Source: an uncultured delta proteobacterium
GTDB taxonomy: Bacteria > Desulfobacterota > Binatia > DP-6
Reading direction: 5' to 3'
Length of the DNA: 64,000 bases
Assembly (NCBI GenBank): GCA_963815115.1
Contig: CAWFFN010000009.1
Location: 416,001 to 480,000, forward strand
This document shows positions 27,256-40,308 of this stretch, one piece after another (position 1 is the first letter of the stretch; each line of letters starts with the position of its first letter). Under the pieces are notes generated by a model. That model was not told the DNA's origin. It saw only the letters and a list, made by a program, of their open reading frames with translations, and did not search any database. The position numbers and the translations under genes are program-made.

Positions 27256-29577
27256 TCAGCGCGCCGCGACGCCGAGCGCGGCGTCGGGTGCCGTCTCCTC
27301 GGCGAAGATGAACCGCGGCCGGAAGCGCAGGACGAGCACCGGCATGACGCTGAGCGCCGCCAGGCAGGACACCACCATGGCGGCCGGCATGAGCGTGCCG
27401 AACAGCCGCATGCCGAGGTACGGGGACCAGGCCATGCAGGCGAACCCCGCGGCGATGCTCGAGGCCACGAAGAGGACGGCGCGTCCCGAGGTCTGGAGCG
27501 CGACGCCCACGGCCTGGGCGTCGTCGCCCAGACGGTGGTGCTCCTCGCGCAGGCGAAAGAGGAAGTAGATCGCATAGTCGGCGCCGACGCCCGCCGCCAT
27601 GGCGATGACCGACGCCGACCCCATGTCGAGGCGCACGCCGGTCCAGCCGAGCGCGCCGAAGAGCACGATCATGGTGACGACGATCGGGGTCACCACGTAC
27701 AGGCCGGCCGCGGCCGAGCGCATGATCAGCGACGACACCAGGTAGATCACCGCCAGCACCACCAGCATGTTGAGCAGCTTGCCGTAGGTCGTGTGCTCGT
27801 TCACCGCCAGCACCGTCGGAGCGGCGCCGCCGGCGATGAGCACGTGCTCACCGGCGGGCGCGGGATGGGCGTCGACCCACTGCTGCAGGTGGCGCACCAG
27901 CGGACCGACCAGGGCGGAGTCGTCGGTGCGGAGGTACGCGGTGACCACGGAGCGCGACTGGGAGCGTTCGACGAAACGCTCGAAGGCAGGCGAATCGCCC
28001 AGGAACAGGAGTTGCGACACCATCTCCTGGTCGTCGGGCAGGCGATAGGGATGTGGGTCGTCGCTGACGAAGGTCTTGTGGAGCGACTTCACCAGGTCGA
28101 CCTCCGACGCCGTGCGCACCACCAGCGGGTCGCGCTCCATCTCCTCCTGGAGCGCCGCGATGTGGCGCAGCACCGGAAGCGACTTCGTGCTCTCCGGGGG
28201 GCCGTCGTACAGCACGGTCATGGTCACGGTGCCGGGAAAGTGCTGCTCGAGCGCTTCCAGGTGCCGGCGCGACAGGCTGTCGGGCGGCATGTACTCGCGC
28301 GTCGGTCCGAAGGTGCGGATGCGCAGGACCCCGACGGCGGAGAGCGCGAGCACGATCGCCGTGCCGATCAGGACCGCCCGGCCGTGCCGTCGCAGCACGG
28401 CACGCTGAAGCGACGCGAGCACGCGCGCCGTCCAGCCGCCCTCCGTCGGCGCGTGCCGCGGCGCCGGCAGCACGGCGCGCAGCGCGGGGATGAAGGTCAT
28501 CTCGAGCAGGACGGCGCTGCCGATGCCGTAGGCGCACGAGAGGCCCAGATTGGCGATCGAGCGGACGCCGAAGAGCGCCAGCGAGGCGAAGCCGAGCGCG
28601 GCCGTGAGCCCGGCCGCGACCATGACCGGACCCATCTTGACGGTCGACTCGATCACCGCGGCCTGGTTGTCGCCGGTGCGCACGACCTCCTCGACGTAGC
28701 GCTTGAGCATCTGCGCCGAGTGGGCGGCGGCGACCGCGATCAGCAGGATGGGCGCCGCCACGTTCCAGGAGTCGATCACGATGCCCGTGTGCCCCATGAG
28801 GCCCAGCGACCACACGGTGCTCAGCACCGCGGTGAGCATCGGGATGAGCATGCCCTGCACGTTGCGAAACGACGCCAGGAGCATGAGGGAGATCACCAGG
28901 AAGACGAGCGGGATGCGGCGTCCGATGAGGGCGGACTGCCCGAGATCGATCAACGCCATCATGGGCTCACCCGCGACGGAGAAGTCGACGCCGCGATTCG
29001 CGAAGGTGTCGGTCAGGTCGAGGACGCGTTGTGCGACGACGTGCGACTGCGGGCCCTCCCAGAAGTCGAGCACCACCAGCGCCGCCCGCTGGTCCGGCGT
29101 GACGAGCATGCCGCGCAGCTGCGGTTCGTCGTCCACCAGGCCGCGCAGCCGCGCGATCTCCTCGGGCGTCTTCGGCGGCTCGCGCATCAGGTAGTCGACA
29201 CGCGTCGAGCCGCCGGTGTCCTCGACGTGGCGGACGCTGGGAGCCGCGAGGCTGACCACGTTCTGCGCCATGACGTCGGGAAGCCGGAGCGCGTCCAGGG
29301 TGAAGTCGTGAACCACCGCGAGGACCTCGGGCTGCCAGACGTCGCCGGTCCGGGGCACGATCCCGACCAGCAGGGTGCGGCGTCCGCCGAACTCCTTGCG
29401 GATCGCCTGATCGATCTGGACGAAGGGATGACCGGTGGGCAGGCTCGCCTCGACGCTGAACTCGGTGCGCAGATGGCGCATGCCGGAGGCGACCACGACC
29501 GTGGCAGCGACGACGAGGGCGAGGACGAGCCAGGCGCGGCGGACGAGCCAGCGGGCGTAGCGGTCGAGGAGGCGCAT
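27256..29577 (-). CDS. MMPL/RND family transporter
   Basis: Two repeats of TM + large periplasmic domain + 5 TM; GVGADYAIY. Confidence 0.85.
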   Translation of the reverse strand: MRLLDRYARWLVRRAWLVLALVVAATVVVASGMRHLRTEFSVEASLPTGHPFVQIDQAIRKEFGGRRTLLVGIVPRTGDVWQPEVLAVVHDFTLDALRLPDVMAQNVVSLAAPSVRHVEDTGGSTRVDYLMREPPKTPEEIARLRGLVDDEPQLRGMLVTPDQRAALVVLDFWEGPQSHVVAQRVLDLTDTFANRGVDFSVAGEPMMALIDLGQSALIGRRIPLVFLVISLMLLASFRNVQGMLIPMLTAVLSTVWSLGLMGHTGIVIDSWNVAAPILLIAVAAAHSAQMLKRYVEEVVRTGDNQAAVIESTVKMGPVMVAAGLTAALGFASLALFGVRSIANLGLSCAYGIGSAVLLEMTFIPALRAVLPAPRHAPTEGGWTARVLASLQRAVLRRHGRAVLIGTAIVLALSAVGVLRIRTFGPTREYMPPDSLSRRHLEALEQHFPGTVTMTVLYDGPPESTKSLPVLRHIAALQEEMERDPLVVRTASEVDLVKSLHKTFVSDDPHPYRLPDDQEMVSQLLFLGDSPAFERFVERSQSRSVVTAYLRTDDSALVGPLVRHLQQWVDAHPAPAGEHVLIAGGAAPTVLAVNEHTTYGKLLNMLVVLAVIYLVSSLIMRSAAAGLYVVTPIVVTMIVLFGALGWTGVRLDMGSASVIAMAAGVGADYAIYFLFRLREEHHRLGDDAQAVGVALQTSGRAVLFVASSIAAGFACMAWSPYLGMRLFGTLMPAAMVVSCLAALSVMPVLVLRFRPRFIFAEETAPDAALGVAAR

Positions 29578-29685
29578 CGGCCCGCCATCTGTCCCGCTTC
29601 GCGCGTACGATGCAAGCCGCGCGCGATCCAGCCGGATGCGCGCCGTCGCGTCGGAATCTCGCGGTGTTACCTGGACGATGCGCCA

Positions 29686-30486
29686 TCAGGGAGTGCCGTG
29701 GGCGAGCCCCTGGCGCACGCGGCGAACCCGCCGGCCGCGCCGGTAGCCCTGCACCGCGGCGACCGCCGCGCCGCCGAGGACGGCGGCGATGACCCACAGG
29801 CCGCCGTGCGCGAACACCGCGTCGTGTCGCGTGCGCAGCAGGAGGGCGACGGCGATGCCCGCGGCGAGCGATCCGAACGGCAGCTCGCGCCAGACCAGGT
29901 GCTGGCGTCCCGACAGGATGGCGGCGAAGGGGATCATCGAGGTGACGGCGAGGTAGGCCGCGTAGGGCTCGCCGCGCAGCCGCAGCAGCTTGCGGTCCTG
30001 ATGCCATCCGCCGACCAGCCCGAGCACGGCGAAGCCGGCCGCGAAGACGGCTCCGGCGAGATGCGGCGCCAGCAAGGCATGCGCCGTGCCGATCAGCGCC
30101 ACGGCGGCGAAGAAGGAGTGCCGCGTGATGCGCTCGAGCCCGCGGGGCGCCCCCGCGCCCTCGGCGAAGACGGCCATGGGCGAGCGCGGATAGACGACCA
30201 GCGAGGCGGAGCCGAGGGCGAACCCGACGACGATCAGCGTCACCAGGAGCCCGTGCAGCAGCGGCACGCCGGCGAGCGCGAGCCCGGCGGGCCCCTCCAT
30301 CCGGTGCGCGGCGTAGAAGCGCACCAGCGCCGTGAAGGACAGGGCCGCCACGAGCGAGAACGCCGTCAGGTAGCCCTGCTCGCCCAGGCGCCCGACCAGG
30401 GCGTCGCGCGAGCGACGGGAGGCGAGCCCGAGGTGTGTCCCGATCAGGACGAGCCAGAGTGTGGTGGTACCGAGCACGGCGTCCAT
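29686..30486 (-). CDS. NnrU family membrane protein
   Basis: R..LVGRLGE.GY...FSLV, GLERITRH, QDRKL, TSMIPF. Confidence 0.75.
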   Translation of the reverse strand: MDAVLGTTTLWLVLIGTHLGLASRRSRDALVGRLGEQGYLTAFSLVAALSFTALVRFYAAHRMEGPAGLALAGVPLLHGLLVTLIVVGFALGSASLVVYPRSPMAVFAEGAGAPRGLERITRHSFFAAVALIGTAHALLAPHLAGAVFAAGFAVLGLVGGWHQDRKLLRLRGEPYAAYLAVTSMIPFAAILSGRQHLVWRELPFGSLAAGIAVALLLRTRHDAVFAHGGLWVIAAVLGGAAVAAVQGYRRGRRVRRVRQGLAHGTP

Positions 30487-30553
30487 GACGACCTCCTGCC
30501 TTCAGCGGCGGCGCCGGTCGGGCATCTGACGAGCACCGCGGCGAGCCATGATG

Positions 30554-30590
30554 TACTGAACGTTTAGTAAATTCTGAACGTTCAGTCAAC
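30554..30590 (-). promoter_or_regulatory. Sigma70-type promoter overlapped by tandem palindromes
   Basis: CTGAACGTTCAG (30574-30585, perfect) and TACTGAACGTTTAGTA (30554-30569); minus strand TTGACT-N17-TAAACG. Confidence 0.65.
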
Positions 30591-30624
30591 ACGTCGGGTG
30601 CGAGAGGCGCCGCCCTGGTGCGGA

Positions 30625-33369
<2,745 letters not shown>

Positions 33370-33488
33370 GCCGCTCGTCTAGCGCCGCGCGACATCCCCG
33401 GCAACCCGCGCGGCAGCGTACGTCGGCCCGCTTCGCGGCGGGCGCTCGACCTTGCCGCCCCGGGAGCCTGTGATAGGCAAGGGCCCCG

Positions 33489-34103
33489 ATGAAGCCGGTG
33501 CTCACCTCGCTCGTTCTCGCGCTCGCCCTGGCCCTGGCGAACTACTGGGCGCTCTGGCAGCTCGGCGGCGCGCCGCTGTGCATCGCGTGCGCCCTGGTGC
33601 TCCTGGGCGGGCCCTTCGTGCTCGCGATCGCGCTCGCGAGCGTGCTGCCGCTGCTCGCGGCCCCGGCCGCGCCGGCGCAGGCGAAGCCCGCTGCCGCCGC
33701 CGCCCCGCCCAGGCCGAGCGAGCCGCCGGAGAATACGGCGCTCAGGCTGCTGGCGTCGCTCCAGGAGGACGGCAGGCTGGTCGACTTCCTCACCGAGGAG
33801 ATCACGGCCTACTCCGACGAGCAGATCGGCGCGGCCACGCGCGGCATTCACGCGACCTGCGCCAAGGCCCTGCATGCCTGCGTGAAGCTCGAGGCCGTCC
33901 TCCCGGGACGCGAGGACGACACGGTCACCGTTCCGGCGGGCTTCGACCCTGCGAGCATTCGACTGACCGGCAACGTCCAGGGCGCGCCGCCGTTCACCGG
34001 CACGTTGCGCCACGCGGGCTGGCGCGCGGCCGGCATCACGATCCCCGTGCGCGCCGGACTCGACCCGAGGATCATCGCGCCCGCCGAAGTCGAGATCGCC
34101 TGA
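33489..34103 (+). CDS. DUF2760 family protein with two N-terminal TM helices
   Basis: ALRLLASLQEDGRLVDFL.E.I..YSDEQIGAA...PPFTG.L.H.GW...IIAPAEVEI. Confidence 0.8.
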   Translation: MKPVLTSLVLALALALANYWALWQLGGAPLCIACALVLLGGPFVLAIALASVLPLLAAPAAPAQAKPAAAAAPPRPSEPPENTALRLLASLQEDGRLVDFLTEEITAYSDEQIGAATRGIHATCAKALHACVKLEAVLPGREDDTVTVPAGFDPASIRLTGNVQGAPPFTGTLRHAGWRAAGITIPVRAGLDPRIIAPAEVEIA

Positions 34104-34109
34104 CGCTTC

Positions 34110-35900
<1,791 letters not shown>

Positions 35901-35906
35901 TCGCGC

Positions 35907-38633
35907 ATGCCCTCCCGCTATCTCGTCGGCATCGACCTCGGTACCACCAACACGGCATGCGCGTGGGTCGATACCCGCGCCGGGCGGCAGATCCATGTCT
36001 TCGACGTGCCGCAGCTCGTCGCGCCGGGTCAGGTCGCGCCCCGTGCCACCCTCCCGTCGTTCGTCTACCTCGCCGGGACGCACGACGTGCCCGCGGGCAG
36101 CCTGGACCTGCCGTGGGCTGCCGGACGCGAATTCTGCGTCGGATGGCTGGCGCGCGAGCAGGGCGCGCGCGTTCCCGGCCGGCTGGTCGCGTCGTCGAAG
36201 TCGTGGCTCTGCCACGGCGGCGTCGATCGCACGGCGGCCATCCTGCCCTGGGGTGGCGGTACGGACGTGCCCAAGATCTCCCCGGTCGACGCGGCGGCCC
36301 GCGTCCTGGCTCACCTGCGCGACGCGTGGGACGCGAGCTTTCCGGAGCCGCTGGCGGCGCAGGAGATCGTGCTCACGGTGCCCGCGTCCTTCGACGAGGT
36401 GGCGCGCGAGCTGACCGTCGAAGCAGCGCGCGCGGCGGGCCTTGCCGAGGCGGTGCTGCTCGAGGAGCCGCAGGCGGCGTTCTACGCCTGGCTGGTGGGT
36501 CACGAACGCGACTGGCGCGAGCGCGTCGCGGCGCTTCCGCTGGTCCTGGTGGTCGACGTGGGCGGCGGCACCACCGACCTCTCGCTCATCACCTCGCGCC
36601 AGGGACGGGGTGAGCTGGCGCTGGAGCGCGTCGCCGTCGGCGAGCACCTCCTGCTGGGCGGCGACAACATGGACATCGCGCTGGCGCGCGGGCTCGAGGC
36701 GCGCCTCGTTCCCGACGGCCAGCTCGACCCGATGCGCTTCCACGGACTGGTGAGCCAGTGCCGCTCCGCCAAGGAAGCGCTGCTGGGAGCCGGCGCGGGC
36801 GAGACGGCCCGCATCACCGTCGCCGGCCGCGGCGGCGGCGTGATCGGCGGTGCGCGCAGCGCCGATTTGACGCGCGCCGAGGTCGAGCAGACGGTGCTCG
36901 ACGGCTTCTTCCCTGCCGTGCCGGCCGATGCGCGGCCGCGGCGCGCCTCGGGTGCCGGATTGCGCGAGTGGGGGCTGCCGTTCGCGGCCGACGCCGAGAT
37001 CACCCGCCAGGTGGCGGACTTTCTCTCGCGCCAGCGCGAGGCCGCGGGACAGCCGGAGCGTGCGCTCGTCCGGCCCGACGCGCTGCTGTTCAACGGCGGC
37101 GCGTGCGAGCCGCCGGCCGTCCGGGCCCGGATCGCCGAGGTGATCGGCTCGTGGCATGCACCCGACGGCGGCTGGAAGCCCGTGATTCTCGAGGGCGAAT
37201 CGCTGCAGCTCGCCGTGGCGCGCGGCGCCGCCTACTTCGGTCTCGTGCGGCGCGGCCTCGGGGTCCGCATCGGCAGCGGGGCGGCGCGCAGCTACTACCT
37301 GGGTCTCGGCGACGAGAGCGCGCTGTGCCTCGTTCCGCGCGGCATGGAGGAAGGGGAAACGGCCGCCATCGAGGGACACGACCTCGAGCTGCTCACCAAC
37401 CGCCCGGTCGCGTTTCCGCTCTTCACCGCCACCGATCGCAGCGGGGAGCAGGCCGGCGATCTCGTGGCGGTCGGGGGTGCGGCGCTCGGGCAGCTTCCGC
37501 CCATCCGCACCGTGCTGCGCTTCGGGCGCAAGCTCGAGGAGCGCGCGCTGCCGGTGCAGCTCGAGGCGCAGCTCACCGAGATCGGCACCCTCGCCCTGTG
37601 GTGCCGGTCGCGCACCACCGACCATCGCTGGCGGCTCGAGTTCCGCCTGCGCGACACCGTCGGGGCCGAGGCTCCGTCGCCGCAGGCGGCGGGCGCGCTG
37701 GTAGTCGACGCCGGTCGCGTCGCGGCCGCCGCGGCCCTGCTGCGCGCAGCCTTCGAGGGCACCGACGATCCGGTCACGCTCTCGCGCCGGCTCGAGGACG
37801 CGCTCGACGCCGCGCGCGACGCGTGGCCCCTGCCGGCGATCCGTGCGCTCTGGGACGTCCTCTGGACGTACGAGAAGGCTCGCGGCCGGGGTCCGGACCA
37901 CGAGGCGCGCTGGCTCAACCTGGCCGGCTTCCTCCTGCGCCCGGGCTTCGGGGATGCCGGAGACGAGATCCGCGTCAACCGGCTGTGGCGCGTCCTCGGA
38001 GAGGATCTCCGCCACGGCCGCGCGACGCAGTGTCGGGCGGAGTGGTGGAACCTGTGGAAGCGGGTCGCGGGCGGGTTGAATGCCCGCCAGCAGCAGCATC
38101 TCCTCCAGCTGGTATCACCGGCCCTGCTGCGCAGGGGAAAGCCGAGGGGTCCGCGGCCGGGGCCTCAGGAGATGCGCGAGATGTGGCAGGCGGTGGGAAG
38201 CTGCGAGCGCCTGTCGTCCAGCGCGCGCGCCGAGCTCGCCGAGCAGCTGGCGGCCGAGGCGGCCCGCGGTCGCACGACCGAGCAGGAGCTGTGGGCCCTG
38301 GCCCGGCTCGGCGCGCGTGTCCCCGTCTACGGTCCGCTCAACTGCGTCGTGCCGCGGGAGCGCGCGACCGCCATCGCGGAGCGCCTGCTCGCCTGCGCCT
38401 GGCCCCGGGAGGAGGCCTACGGGTTCGCGCTCGCCCAGGTCGCGCGCGCCTCGGGCGACCGCGAGCGCGACCTGGACCCGGCGCTGCGCGAGCGCGTCGC
38501 CGGACGGCTCGAGCCGCTTGCGGACGGCGTCCACCTCGCCCGGGTGGTGCGGGAGCCCGTCGCGCTCGAGGCCCGGGAAGAGGCGCGACTGCTCGACGAA
38601 TCGCTCCCCGCGGGACTGCGCCTGCGCGCCTGA
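35907..38633 (+). CDS. Hsp70/DnaK-related protein with C-terminal helical (DUF3731-like) domain
   Basis: Same ATPase motifs plus WLNLAGFLLRPGFG...W.RVAGGL...WALARLGARVP.YG. Confidence 0.9.
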   Translation: MPSRYLVGIDLGTTNTACAWVDTRAGRQIHVFDVPQLVAPGQVAPRATLPSFVYLAGTHDVPAGSLDLPWAAGREFCVGWLAREQGARVPGRLVASSKSWLCHGGVDRTAAILPWGGGTDVPKISPVDAAARVLAHLRDAWDASFPEPLAAQEIVLTVPASFDEVARELTVEAARAAGLAEAVLLEEPQAAFYAWLVGHERDWRERVAALPLVLVVDVGGGTTDLSLITSRQGRGELALERVAVGEHLLLGGDNMDIALARGLEARLVPDGQLDPMRFHGLVSQCRSAKEALLGAGAGETARITVAGRGGGVIGGARSADLTRAEVEQTVLDGFFPAVPADARPRRASGAGLREWGLPFAADAEITRQVADFLSRQREAAGQPERALVRPDALLFNGGACEPPAVRARIAEVIGSWHAPDGGWKPVILEGESLQLAVARGAAYFGLVRRGLGVRIGSGAARSYYLGLGDESALCLVPRGMEEGETAAIEGHDLELLTNRPVAFPLFTATDRSGEQAGDLVAVGGAALGQLPPIRTVLRFGRKLEERALPVQLEAQLTEIGTLALWCRSRTTDHRWRLEFRLRDTVGAEAPSPQAAGALVVDAGRVAAAAALLRAAFEGTDDPVTLSRRLEDALDAARDAWPLPAIRALWDVLWTYEKARGRGPDHEARWLNLAGFLLRPGFGDAGDEIRVNRLWRVLGEDLRHGRATQCRAEWWNLWKRVAGGLNARQQQHLLQLVSPALLRRGKPRGPRPGPQEMREMWQAVGSCERLSSSARAELAEQLAAEAARGRTTEQELWALARLGARVPVYGPLNCVVPRERATAIAERLLACAWPREEAYGFALAQVARASGDRERDLDPALRERVAGRLEPLADGVHLARVVREPVALEAREEARLLDESLPAGLRLRA

Positions 38634-38658
38634 CGCGCTCCGAGCGCACTGGAGAGAG

Positions 38659-40247
38659 ATGCCGGCCTCACGTACCCTTGGCGCGATGCGTCTACCGGCA
38701 GACGAGCTGGCCGAGCCAGGTTTGCTGAGGCAAATCACGGCCTTGGCGCTGATTCCGGCGAACGCCGCCGGGGCCGCGGCGGTCTATCTCTACTTCAGCT
38801 ACCTCGACCCCTGGGGAGGCCGCCCCCAGCCCGATGCGGCGACGGCGTTCCTCCTCTTCGCGGCCATCACCGGCGTCCTGCTCGTGGTCACGACCCGCCT
38901 CGGCGACCGCTGGACCCGTCCCGTGCACCGCTGGTCGCGCCGGCTGCGGGCCGGGGCTCCCCCCGCGACCGTACCCGTCGAGGTGCGCCGGCGCGTCCTC
39001 AACGCGGCCCTGATGATCGGGCTCCTCAGCCTGGCGGCCTGGTTCGCTGCCGGGCTCTTCTATCTGGTGATTCTCGGGGTGGGCTACCGGATCGGCGCGT
39101 TCGAGACGCTCCGGATCTTCCTCAGCATCGTGCTCGTCGGCGGTCCGGTCGCCTCTGCGCTGGCCTTCCTGGTGAGCGAGTACCACTGGCGGCGCGAGAT
39201 CCCCTCTTCTTCCCCGACGGCGACCTGGAGCGCGCCGGCGTGCTGCGGCTGCCGATCCGCATCCGCCTCCTCGTCACCTTCCTCCTCACCTCGATCCTTC
39301 CGCTCCTGCTCATGCTCACGCTCGATCTCAGCCTGCAGCGGCGCGTCCCCGAGACGCTCGCCGTGGTCTGGCGGGAGCTGGTGCGCGCGCAGCTCTTCCT
39401 GGTCGGGATCACGGCGGTCGCCTCGACGACCATGGCCTTCCTCGTGGCCCGCTTCGTCCATCGGCCGATCCAGGCGCTGCGCCACGGCATGGCGGAGGTG
39501 GCCGCAGGCAATCTGACGACGCGGGTGCCGGTGCGCAGCACCGACGAGCTCGGCGAGCTCAACTGGCACTTCAACGCGATGGTGGAGCAGCTCCGCCTGG
39601 CCGCCCAGGCGCGCGAGCTCTTCGGGCGCTACGTCAGCCCCGCCGTGGCGCGCCAGGCGCTGGAGCGCGGCGACGGCCTCGACAGCACCGTGGTGCGCGC
39701 CACCGCGATGTTCGTCGATCTGCGCGGCTTCACCGCCCTCGCGCAGCGCGCCGCGGTCCAGGACGTGGTCCGGGTCCTGAACACGTTCTACGCCACGGTG
39801 GAGCGGGTGTGTGATCGCGAGAGCGGCGTCGTGACGCAGTTCCTGGGCGACGGCGTGGTGGTGGTCTTCGGCGGGCCGCTGCGACCGGCGGACGATCACG
39901 CGCGACGGGCCGTGCGCGCCGCCATCTCACTCCAGTGGGCGCTCATCAACCATCCCGCCCTGCCCGGTCTGGGACGGCTGCAGGCCGGCATCGGCATCTG
40001 CACCGGCGACATGGTGGCCGGCAACATCCGTGCGAACGAGCGCGTCGTCTACACCATCGTCGGCGACGCGGTGAACCAGGCGGCGCGGCTGCAGGTGAAG
40101 ACGCGCGATCTCGGCAGGCCGATCCTCGTGACCGCCAGCACGCGTGACGTGCTGGGTGACTCCGACGGAGTGTGGCTCCGTCCCTGCGGCGCGCTCCCGC
40201 TGCGCGGCATCGAGGCGCCCGTGGAGGTCTTCGCTGTCGAGATCTGA
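38659..40247 (+). CDS. Membrane-bound HAMP-class III adenylate/guanylate cyclase, 1-nt frameshift at the C-run ~39201-39204
   Basis: TM region, DELGEL..HFN, FGRYVSP, FVDLRGFT, FLGDG, VGDAVNQAARL. Confidence 0.85.
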
Positions 40248-40308
40248 CCGCGGGGCGTTGTTCGCAAAGCTGGTCAGACGCTTCGCGAACGCGGTATCGA
40301 GTCCGGCC

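Noticed and set aside
29608-29630. Possible sigma54 promoter upstream of the MMPL gene (TCGCGC-N5-TTGCA, minus strand)
   Set aside because: Has CG instead of the near-invariant -24 GG.
33471-33486. TGATAGGCA-AGGGCC resembling the start of the 91-bp unit
   Set aside because: Short gapped match; more plausibly a -10 region of the DUF2760 operon.
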